Shown here piece by piece: positions 32,703 to 41,389 of a stretch of DNA of 64,000 bases. The notes beneath the pieces are model-generated. The model ran no database searches, was not told where the DNA came from, and saw only the letters and a list, made by a program, of their open reading frames with translations. The position numbers and the translations under genes are program-made. Origin of the DNA: Candidatus Hydrogenedentota bacterium (lineage in GTDB: Bacteria; Hydrogenedentota; Hydrogenedentia; Hydrogenedentales; SLHB01); NCBI GenBank assembly GCA_963668025.2, contig CAXXTH010000003.1, positions 64,001-128,000 of the forward strand. The letters are read 5' to 3'. Numbering within the stretch: the stretch's first letter is position 1; every line of letters begins with the position of its first letter.

Positions 32703-33610
32703 GCCGCTTCTCCCTGCATGGGTGTTTTCGCCACGGGAATGGTCTCGTGGACGAACCGCGCCACGGCGGCATGGCTGCGCCGCATGTCCTCGAGAGAAGG
32801 CGCATATTGGGCGAACTTCACCCGATCACACTGGCGCAATACGGCCGCCAGCAGACAGTGGTGTTCCTCATTCACATCGGCGCAGGTGGCCAGGCCATCC
32901 AGAAATTCGGGCGTCGTTTCCTCCAACGCCCGCAGCCCGAACCGCGCTTCGATGTATTGCCGGAGTATGTCGGACAGCTCGACATAAAAGGCGTCGTGTG
33001 AACGGCCCATGGCCAGGAGATGTTGCAGCCGCGCATGGGCGGCGTCCCATGGCGTTTCGGGCATGGATGCGTTTCCCGGCGTGCTGCGTTTTCGCCAAAG
33101 GAGCCATCCGGCCATGGCGGCTCCTCCAAGAAGCAACGCCAGCAACGCGATGGCCGCCATGCGCCATAAACCGTTCGGCGGGTCCATGGGGCCGAAATTC
33201 GCGGCAAAACGCTGTAGCTCCGCCGCTTCGCCGGACGTAACATCCCGTACATGCAGGGAAAGCCCCGGTGCGCTCGCCGTACCGCCGTCTCCGAAGAATG
33301 CCGGTATAGGCTGGATGGGATATTCCCCAGGCTGGGCCGCATCCAGCCGGTAGGCCACGCGCATGCGCCGCTTGTTTCCCGGCAACGGTTCATCTTGTGT
33401 GGGGCTGATGGGGCCTTCGATGCCCAATTCACCCACCAGAGGCGCTAAGTCCGGCAGGCTCACTTCGAGTCCCGCTGGGGCTTCCACGGTGATAATGAGC
33501 AACGCCTCGCGGTAATACGGAATTTCGGGCGGCTCAAGCCGCGCCGATATCGTGACAGGTTCATTGGCGGCCAAGGCGGCCATCAAGAGGAGGAGCGCAT
33601 TAAGCATCAT
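32699..33610 (-). CDS. conserved Bat-operon membrane protein
   Basis: Signal peptide, TM, FYVELSDILRQYIEARFG..ALEETTPEF, DRVKFA. Confidence 0.8.
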   Translation of the reverse strand: MMLNALLLLMAALAANEPVTISARLEPPEIPYYREALLIITVEAPAGLEVSLPDLAPLVGELGIEGPISPTQDEPLPGNKRRMRVAYRLDAAQPGEYPIQPIPAFFGDGGTASAPGLSLHVRDVTSGEAAELQRFAANFGPMDPPNGLWRMAAIALLALLLGGAAMAGWLLWRKRSTPGNASMPETPWDAAHARLQHLLAMGRSHDAFYVELSDILRQYIEARFGLRALEETTPEFLDGLATCADVNEEHHCLLAAVLRQCDRVKFAQYAPSLEDMRRSHAAVARFVHETIPVAKTPMQGEAA

Positions 33611-33680
33611 CGTTCCTCCAGGAAGAAAAACAACCTATAACCGTTAAAAAAACGCGCCATGCTTATCCCTAAACACCATC

Positions 33681-34559
33681 TCACGCCATGCGCCGTTCCC
33701 GCATGCGGAAAAAACGGTACAGGGCGTCCACATACGATTCATCCGTTTGAATCGCGATGCTGTCCACGCGCGTACGGCGCAGGATCTCATCGCGCCGCTG
33801 CACGCGTTCGAGGGCCATGCGGTGGTATGCCGCCCGCACCTCGGCGTCATGGCTGTCCACCAGCGTTTCGCGGCCTGTTTCCGCGTCACGCACCGATATC
33901 AGGCCCACGTCCGGCAACACCATTTCCCGGAGATCACTCACCATCACGGCGATAAGGTCATGGCGGCGCGCGGCAACGCGCAATGGTATTTCATACCCGC
34001 TCGCCATGAAGTCCGACACGAGAAATGTGACGGCGCGGCGCTTGGCCACCTTATTCATGAAATACAACGCCGCCGGGATATTGGTCCGCAGGCCCCGGGG
34101 CTCGAAATATAACACTTCACGGATCACCCGCAACACATGGCGGCGGCCTTTGCTGGGCGGGATATAGAGTTCCACGTCATCTGTGAATATAATAAGGCCC
34201 ACTTTGTCATTATTTTTGATGGCTGATATGGCCAGCACTGCGCACAGTTCCGCCGCGAGTTCATTCTTGAAGCGCCGGACGCTCCCGAAACGGCCCGAGC
34301 CGCTCGCATCCACCAGGAGCATCACCGTAAGCTCCCGTTCTTCCACCAGCAGTTTTACATGCGGATGCCCGGTGCGCGCCGTGACATTCCAATCGATCAT
34401 GCGGACATCGTCGCCGGGCACATACGACCGGATGTCCTTAAACTCCATCCCCTGGCCCTTGAACACGCTCTGATATTGCCCCGCCAGGATGTCGTTTACA
34501 ATCCGGTCCGTTCGGATCTGAATCCGCCGAATCGCTTGCATAACCTCTTGTGGTATCAC
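33681..34559 (-). CDS. DUF58 domain protein
   Basis: YQSVFKGQGMEF, YVPGDDVRMIDWNVTAR, EEREL, SDF. GTG start with AGGAG. Confidence 0.92.
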   Translation of the reverse strand: MIPQEVMQAIRRIQIRTDRIVNDILAGQYQSVFKGQGMEFKDIRSYVPGDDVRMIDWNVTARTGHPHVKLLVEERELTVMLLVDASGSGRFGSVRRFKNELAAELCAVLAISAIKNNDKVGLIIFTDDVELYIPPSKGRRHVLRVIREVLYFEPRGLRTNIPAALYFMNKVAKRRAVTFLVSDFMASGYEIPLRVAARRHDLIAVMVSDLREMVLPDVGLISVRDAETGRETLVDSHDAEVRAAYHRMALERVQRRDEILRRTRVDSIAIQTDESYVDALYRFFRMRERRMA

Positions 34560-34575
34560 GGGATGCGCTCCTGGC

Positions 34576-35562
34576 TTACGGCACGGGCACGGTGTCGAGA
34601 ATCCGCCGAATGATGTCTTCGCTGGACACCCCCTCGGCTTCCGCCTCATACGTGACGATGATGCGGTGCCGCAGCACATCCATCGCCACTTGCTTCACGT
34701 CATTGGGAAATACATTCCCCTCGCCCTGGAGAAACGCCATCGCCCGCGCGGCTTGCTGCAAATAGATGGTCGCGCGCGGCGACGCGCCATACTCGATGTA
34801 GTATTTCATGTCGAGGCCATAATCCCGGGGATTGCGCGTGGCCTGGACGATATCGACAATGTAATTTTTCGCTTTATCATCCACATAAATCTGATTGACG
34901 ATCTCGCGCGCTTGCAAGATCTCCTGCTTGCCCACAACCGGCTTTGCAATAGGCGCGTGGAGGATATCGACCCGGTCCATGATCTCCCGTTCCTCGCCTT
35001 TACTGGGATACGTGATCCGCAGCTTGAGCATAAACCGGTCTACTTGCGCCTCCGGCAGGGGATAGGTGCCCTCGTGCTCGATGGGATTCTGCGTAGCCAA
35101 AACCATAAACGGCTCATCAAGGGGAAACGTCGTGTCGCCGATGGTTACTTGGCGCTCCTGCATGGCCTCGAGGAGGGCGCTTTGCACCTTGGCCGGGGCG
35201 CGGTTGATTTCATCGGCCAGGATAATATTGCCGAAAATAGGCCCCTTTTTTGTCGTAAACGCGCCATCGCGGGGATTGTAAACGAGCGTGCCGATCAGAT
35301 CGGCGGGAAGCAGATCGGGCGTGAATTGGATCCGGGTGAATTGGCATGCGATGGCCTGGGCGAGCGCTTTGACGGCGGTGGTCTTCGCCAAGCCGGGCAC
35401 GCCCTCGATTAACACATGGCCATTGGCCAGAACGCCCACCAGCAGGCGGTCGATCATGTATTGCTGGCCCACCACGATGCCCGCGATTTCCTGCCGCAAG
35501 CGCTCCACAAAGGGGGAGTGGGCTTCGACGCTCTTGCGTATCGACTCGACGGATAAACGCAT
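34576..35562 (-). CDS. moxR: MoxR-family AAA+ ATPase
   Basis: EGVPGLAKT, RIQFTPDLLPAD, LADEINRAPAKVQSALLEAMQE, GTYPLPEAQVDRF. Confidence 0.95.
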   Translation of the reverse strand: MRLSVESIRKSVEAHSPFVERLRQEIAGIVVGQQYMIDRLLVGVLANGHVLIEGVPGLAKTTAVKALAQAIACQFTRIQFTPDLLPADLIGTLVYNPRDGAFTTKKGPIFGNIILADEINRAPAKVQSALLEAMQERQVTIGDTTFPLDEPFMVLATQNPIEHEGTYPLPEAQVDRFMLKLRITYPSKGEEREIMDRVDILHAPIAKPVVGKQEILQAREIVNQIYVDDKAKNYIVDIVQATRNPRDYGLDMKYYIEYGASPRATIYLQQAARAMAFLQGEGNVFPNDVKQVAMDVLRHRIIVTYEAEAEGVSSEDIIRRILDTVPVP

Positions 35563-35791
35563 ATATCCTCCTGCTCCGTTGTCCCACACGCATGGCCTGG
35601 AAAGCAAGGCGCGCGGCGTCCAGCATGACATCCGCCGGTGCCACGCTCGTGGTATGGATTCCTTACGCGTGCATATATCCGCTGCTTTCCTGGCTGCTCC
35701 TTATATATATTATTGATCAGTCAAAACAAAAACCAGAAGGAATGCATGCAGCCGGAATCGCCAGGTAAGAAGAAATAGACGTGCGCTTCCC

Positions 35792-35948
35792 GTGGCATGG
35801 CCGTCCCGGCATGCGCATGGGCGGGACGCCCATGCCACGAGATCGCACCAAGTAGATGAGATGGATAATGACAACACCGCGGAATGATTGGCCATGAATA
35901 CACGGTATTTGTATGGACACACCTGTAAACATACCCGTTATCCGGCGA
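35792..35948 (+). repeat. REP-anchored dispersed repeat, copy 1
   Basis: Palindrome GTGGCATGGCCGTCCCG...CGGGACGCCCATGCCAC plus ~110-nt tail homologous to 62397-62556. Confidence 0.8.
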
Positions 35949-36486
35949 TTAGGGGCGCAGCACGTAGCACGGGAGTCTCACCCATGTACGAGGCGCTACA
36001 GCCCAAGCGAGGCATCTGCTCCAGGTTGAGCGGTGATTCTTCCACATGCAAACTTGGCCGACGCCAAACGCCGGCCAAATCTGAAAAAAACGAGGAGAAA
36101 GGTGGGGCCCCGAGGCCGCCAAGTAATCTGAGTCCTGTATTGAGGGGCATACAGAGAGTGACTGGGGTTGTCCTGCGCTGGGGGTGAACGCAGGGCTGAG
36201 GGAAGGACCAGGAGCACGGATGACTCGGCGGTTTATCCTCGGGGCTAACGTAAGCTGTATAGAAACTTTGGACCCGCCTCTTGAAGGCATGTTCCAAAGG
36301 AGGAGGCATTTATAGGAGACTCGAACGCAGCCCCTTGGCTGCTCTCTATTCGATTCAACTGTTTCAGCCGTCATTTTGCTTAACACCACCAACAGGAGCA
36401 GGTTCCATGCCTATTTTACGTAAGTTCATAAGGCATTTAATTGCAATGGGATACATTTTCTCTGCCTCCGCAGAGGGAAACGGGTG

Positions 36487-36502
36487 AACCTGATATCAGG
36501 TT
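36487..36502. promoter_or_regulatory. perfect 16-bp palindrome, candidate operator
   Basis: AACCTGATATCAGGTT, about 130 bp upstream of the GT2 operon. Confidence 0.35.
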
Positions 36503-36629
36503 TTTCCAGCTCATCCGTCTCAAATAGGGCACAAATCTGAAGCCATACCAATTACTCATGGGAAAGAGGATCTTTTTCAGCCCGCCAGTTTCGGGTACAC
36601 TGCCTACATCTGGTGGAAATGGGTGGCGA

Positions 36630-37615
36630 ATGAACGCGATGTATATTTCCGTTATCATACCGACCTGGAACCGCCGTCAGTTGCTGGCGGCGTGTCTGGA
36701 CAGCCTTGCCGCCCAGACATTCCGCGATTTCGAGATCATCGTTGTCGATGACGGCTCGACGGACGGCACGGCCGCTTATCTGGCGGATGCATATCCCCAC
36801 GTGCGCGTGGTTTCCCTGGCGCGCAACAGCGGTTTTGCCACCGCCATAAACGCCGGCATCCGGCAAGCCCAATCGGATTGGCTTTTTTTACTCAACAACG
36901 ACATGACGCTCGAACCTTCTTGTATGGAGCTCTTGGCGGACGCCGCCAGTCAAGACCTTGCGAGCCTTATCGCACCGCTAGTGCTGTGCCAAGACCAGCC
37001 CCAATTGATCTACGGCGCGGGCGACCGCCAGTATGTGAGCGGACGGCCAGAAGCCATTGGCCATGGCCAGCCAGTCGATACCTTCGTTCATCCTCGAAGA
37101 ATATTTGGCGTATCCGCTGGCGCGGCGCTATATGACCGCTCCGTGTTTGAGCGCATAGGGCTCTTCGACGAGTCCTTCGGCGCCTATTTTGAGGACAGCG
37201 ACCTCAATTTTCGCGCGAAGTTGGCGGGGTTCCGGGCGTGCGTCGTCCCAGAGGCGCGCGCATACCATTTGGGGTCCGCAAGCCTTAACGCCCGCCATCT
37301 GTGGCGCGCGCCCGGCAATGCTGCCGCAACCATCTGCTCCTCGTGATCAAAAACATGCCCACACGCCTGCTGTATGAGCATTCGGGTGAAATCCTGGCCG
37401 AGGTGCGCCACCAAAACAAACGTGTGCTGGCCATCGCACGCGCGGAAGGCGGCTTGCTATATGCAGCATTCATGCTGGTTTCAGTTTGGCTGTCTTTTAT
37501 ACGCCGTCTGCCGCATGCCCTCATGGAGCGGGTGCGCATCCAGCGCCGAAGCCGCCAGATACTGACTCCCGGTGAAGTGGATAGCTTTTTAATGCAGGAA
37601 ACGCCCCATGACTGA
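36630..37615 (+). CDS. GT2 glycosyltransferase, frameshifted near 37305-37315
   Basis: SVIIPTWN, VVDDGSTD, LLNND, YFEDSD. Continues in another frame as RARQCCRNHLLL to a stop overlapping the next gene. Confidence 0.8.
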
Positions 37616-39488
37616 TTACACCCCACACCGTTCGCTCCCGATGTGGGTATGGGCGTTTATCATCGTGCTTGCGGCCATCGAGCCAGCGACGCACGCGTGG
37701 ATTGCCTGGTTTCCGCCTTCGGGCACGGTTCCCACGGGCCTGCATACTGGCGATAGCCATGTATACCTGAATGCCATGCGCATGTTTCAAACGGATTTCT
37801 ACTCACCCTACGCTTCCTGCCAATCGCCCAGCCATGGCTTCGGTTATTACGCTATGCCTACCCATGTCTTCTACGGGCTTCTCGGCCTTGCCGCGGACGC
37901 AACAGGACTCGGCCATTTCATGGCTTTGGGCTTATTCAATGGCCTATTCGCCGCGTTCTACCTATTCGCCGCTTACGGGTTTCTGCGCACCGCCGCGCCG
38001 CGCCAGGCAAACCTCGCGTTCGCGCTCTTCGCGTTGGGCGGCGGCATCGGCGGCATCTTGTATATCGCCACTGGTGTATTCGGACTGCATATCGCCCCCT
38101 CGTTTGAAGCCGTTTTCTTGCGCTACGCCGAATATGACCTCGTGGAAGGCTCGTATTTGTGGCCCGCCTCGCATTTTCCGCGCCTGTATTATACCGCCCC
38201 GCTCGGATGCGCCCTCCTCGCCTTAAGCGGCCTCATCCGCATCGCACGCGGCGGCAAGAAAAGCACTTTCGCGTGGGCGTGCCTGCTGCTTTTGATCGCC
38301 CAGATCATTAATATGCGCGTGGGTGTTTTCGCATGGGGCGTTGGATTGCTGTTTCTATTTGCTGGCATGGAGGCTGCGTTTCGCCGCCGCGCCACTCTCG
38401 GCGCACTTTTCACCTTGCCCATTCTCGCGGGCGGCGCGGTGACCATGCTGCTCATGCGGCTGCATCCTACTTTCTCCATGAATGTCGTGGCCAACGCCCG
38501 CGAAGCGGTATGGTTTTCCGCGTTCATCAGCGCGGCGCTGCCGCAGTTATTACTCATCCCCGGCCCCATACGCCGCCACGTTGCCCGATTGCCCTATGCC
38601 ATACGCATCGCGGCATCGGCCCTCTTGGGCTATCTGGCGGTATTCTGCGTGTTGTATCTCGGATACCAAGCGTATTATGGCAACCTGTGGCGTATCTCAG
38701 ACACCATGGCCGCCGTGTTTGCCTCCGATTACGCCCTCACTGGGGCGCTGGCTGGCGGCATATGGGGATTGCTGTGGCGGCGCCGTTCCAGCGAATCTGA
38801 ATCGCTGGAGACGGCGTGGATATCCCTCTGGTTTCTGGCGTTCTTTGCCGTATCGATTTCCGCGTGGGGGCAGGGCTGGTTCATGCAATTCCTGCCCCGG
38901 CGGCTCCTCGTGCTCATGGCTTTGCCGATATGCATCCTCTCCGCCCAGGCCTTGCAGCATATCGGCACGAAGCGGCTGCGCCTTGCGCGGGGGCTTGCGG
39001 CAGCCGTGCTTTGCGGCGGCGCATGCAGCGTGGCCGTAGGGGCGTTGTGTTTCCAAGGTCCGCTGGGTCTGACACCCGGCCAAGGCCCCTTCGCAAACCG
39101 CCATTACGAGTTAATGACTCAGACCGACGCCGGACTATTGAACGCTCTCGGTCCGGGGCGGGTGCTTGCCCCGGTCTATAATCCCTATGCCTTCACGGAA
39201 GTGCTTGCCTTACGGCCCAGCAACTCCGTGGTCTTCGGCGTGGGAACGCTGAATCATTCTGATCTTGCCTTCCAGCCCATGAAAGACCAAGTGGACCGAT
39301 TCTTTTCCATTCAGGCCACGGACGCCGAACGCCGCGCCTTCGCGCTCCAATGGCAGGCGGATTATGTCTATTGCCCCGACACGTGCCCCGTGGATGCCGC
39401 CGTGATGGAACAGCTTCACCGCGCTTCTTGGCTGCGGCTCGTGGCGGACGCGGGACGCGGGGCGCTCTTCGCCGTGGTGAAGCCATGA
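37608..39488 (+). CDS. multi-TM membrane protein, GT-C-like (paralog A)
   Basis: Many TM segments, early loop GLHTGDS, YDLVEG, FPRLYYT, QAYYGNL, FQGPLG, soluble C-domain. Confidence 0.75.
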   Translation: MTDYTPHRSLPMWVWAFIIVLAAIEPATHAWIAWFPPSGTVPTGLHTGDSHVYLNAMRMFQTDFYSPYASCQSPSHGFGYYAMPTHVFYGLLGLAADATGLGHFMALGLFNGLFAAFYLFAAYGFLRTAAPRQANLAFALFALGGGIGGILYIATGVFGLHIAPSFEAVFLRYAEYDLVEGSYLWPASHFPRLYYTAPLGCALLALSGLIRIARGGKKSTFAWACLLLLIAQIINMRVGVFAWGVGLLFLFAGMEAAFRRRATLGALFTLPILAGGAVTMLLMRLHPTFSMNVVANAREAVWFSAFISAALPQLLLIPGPIRRHVARLPYAIRIAASALLGYLAVFCVLYLGYQAYYGNLWRISDTMAAVFASDYALTGALAGGIWGLLWRRRSSESESLETAWISLWFLAFFAVSISAWGQGWFMQFLPRRLLVLMALPICILSAQALQHIGTKRLRLARGLAAAVLCGGACSVAVGALCFQGPLGLTPGQGPFANRHYELMTQTDAGLLNALGPGRVLAPVYNPYAFTEVLALRPSNSVVFGVGTLNHSDLAFQPMKDQVDRFFSIQATDAERRAFALQWQADYVYCPDTCPVDAAVMEQLHRASWLRLVADAGRGALFAVVKP

Positions 39489-41383
39489 CAGCCCCGGCGC
39501 TTTCCCGTACGCCCCGCTGGGTGTGGCTGCTTGCCGCCGCGCTGGCGGCCACGCAGCCGCTCTTGATCTACTGGCTCATCTATTTTCCGCCCGCAGGAAC
39601 CACGTCCTCGGGCCTTACCATTCCCGACAGCGCCATCTTCATCCAAGCCATGGACCTGTTCGCCCAAGACTATGCTTCGCCCTATGCTCTCCACACGCCC
39701 GGCGGCGCAAGCCACGCCTTGGCGCTTTATCCCATGCCGTACCTGTGGGTGTACGGCATGCTAGGCGCGGCGGCGCGGGCGCTTGGATTGAGCCATCTCG
39801 TGGCATACGGCTGGGCGAATGGCTTCGCCGCTTTTGCGTATCTCTGCGCCGCGTACTTCTTTCTGCGAGAAGCGGCGCCCCGCGTGGCCGCCCGCGCTTT
39901 TCTGCTCTTTGCCTTGAGCGGCGGCCCTGGCGGCCTGCTGTATGTGTTCACTGGCCTCATGGGCTGGCACGGCGCGCCCGGCTTCGACGAACAGTTTTTC
40001 CGCTATGCCCTCTATGAACTTGTCGAGGGCGCACATCTTCTGCCCATGACCTATTTCCCGCGCTTGTATTACACTTCTTCGCTGGCCCTGTGCTTTTCCG
40101 CGATGGCTTTGCTGTTGCGCCATCGCCGCGTTCCTTCCCGCCACGGTTTGCCGCTCGCGGCCCTTTGCCTGGCGTCAGGGGCGTTCATTAATCCCCGTTT
40201 CGGCGTTTTCACCGCCGCCATCCTGGCGCTATACGCCTGGCGGCAGCCCGCCGTTTGGAAGGGCGTAGCACTCACCGCATGCGCGGGCCTGCTCGGCTGG
40301 GCGACGGCGTGGCGCATGATGCAGGCCAGCCCGGTGGTGATTCAAAACCACGTGGACACCGGCGATATGGCCATGTGGCTCTCGCCGTTCATCAGCGCGG
40401 CGCTGCTGCATCTCTTCCTATTTCCCCAGGAGATCCGGCGCGCCATTCCAAGGCTGTCTCCGCTCGAGCGCATCGCCGCATGCTTGGCCATTTGTTATGT
40501 GATGGCGTTTACGGCCTTTTTTGTCTTGCATCAAGCGTATTATGGAAATCTACAGATCGCACGCGATGGTTCTCTTGCGGCTCGCGTATCCGATCCGGCC
40601 TTGGCGTTGGGAATCGCGCTGGCGCTCGCTTGGCTCTGGTGGAGGCGATTACAGCCCGCCGCGCATCCAGGCCAAGCCCATGACGAAGCGCCCGGCTGGA
40701 TTGTACTGTGGCTGCTCGCATTTCTAGCGATGGCCCTGTCCGGATTTGGCCATGGCTGGTTTTTACGATTCGGCCCCCAGCGGCTCATGGTGTTTCTGTG
40801 GCTGCCGCTCTGCATCTTGTCCGCCTATGCGCTTGAACGGATGCAGGCCCAGCACCCCCAAAACGCACGCCGCTATATGCTTGCCCTTCTCGGGTGTGGC
40901 GCGTTATCTATCTTGGCGGGATTCTGCTGTTTCCAAGGCCCCCTCGGGCGCGTTGAAGCCAAAGGCCCTTATCCGCAATATCACGCGGAGATCATTACAC
41001 AGTCCGATGCGCGTGTTATCGGGCAAATTGGCGAAGGCCGCGTATTAGCGCCCGCCTTGGCAAGCGACGCCGTGGTGCGCCTCCATGGCAATCCCGTGTT
41101 TTTCGGCATAGGCTCTTTCAACCTTGCCGACGAGCCGTATGTGTTCCTGCGTGATCGGACGGCCTGGTTTTTTTCGCCCGAGCCCAGCATGGAGGAGCGC
41201 CGCCAGTTTATACTCGAGTGGGGCATAAGGTACGTCTTTTACCCTGAAACAGAACCTATCGACGGCGCGGTTCTGGCGCAGCTTCGCCAGATCCCCTGGC
41301 TGCTTCCGAGCGCCCAAGAGGGCAACAGCGTATTGTTTGAAGTGGGGGAGGGATTGATAATACTGGACAATTGGAACCAGTGA
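39485..41383 (+). CDS. multi-TM membrane protein, GT-C-like (paralog B)
   Basis: ATG overlaps the upstream stop. GLTIPDS, YELVEG, FPRLYYT, QAYYGNL, FQGPLG are shared with 37608-39488. Confidence 0.75.
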   Translation: MTAPALSRTPRWVWLLAAALAATQPLLIYWLIYFPPAGTTSSGLTIPDSAIFIQAMDLFAQDYASPYALHTPGGASHALALYPMPYLWVYGMLGAAARALGLSHLVAYGWANGFAAFAYLCAAYFFLREAAPRVAARAFLLFALSGGPGGLLYVFTGLMGWHGAPGFDEQFFRYALYELVEGAHLLPMTYFPRLYYTSSLALCFSAMALLLRHRRVPSRHGLPLAALCLASGAFINPRFGVFTAAILALYAWRQPAVWKGVALTACAGLLGWATAWRMMQASPVVIQNHVDTGDMAMWLSPFISAALLHLFLFPQEIRRAIPRLSPLERIAACLAICYVMAFTAFFVLHQAYYGNLQIARDGSLAARVSDPALALGIALALAWLWWRRLQPAAHPGQAHDEAPGWIVLWLLAFLAMALSGFGHGWFLRFGPQRLMVFLWLPLCILSAYALERMQAQHPQNARRYMLALLGCGALSILAGFCCFQGPLGRVEAKGPYPQYHAEIITQSDARVIGQIGEGRVLAPALASDAVVRLHGNPVFFGIGSFNLADEPYVFLRDRTAWFFSPEPSMEERRQFILEWGIRYVFYPETEPIDGAVLAQLRQIPWLLPSAQEGNSVLFEVGEGLIILDNWNQ

Positions 41384-41389
41384 GCCCTT

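Noticed and set aside
35950-36330. tmRNA, RNase P RNA or T-box
   Set aside because: It starts with GGGGC but has no TTCGAC after the 5' end, no T-loop/CCA end, no GAGGAAAGTCC and no GGTGGnACCGCG.
35888-36487. Several 70-150 aa ORFs on both strands
   Set aside because: They overlap in all frames, with no recognisable motifs or convincing RBS.
36470-36510. Cobalamin riboswitch (AGGGAA...GGTGAA)
   Set aside because: The downstream TCC, CCCxCxACTGT and B12-box elements are absent, and the gene context does not fit.
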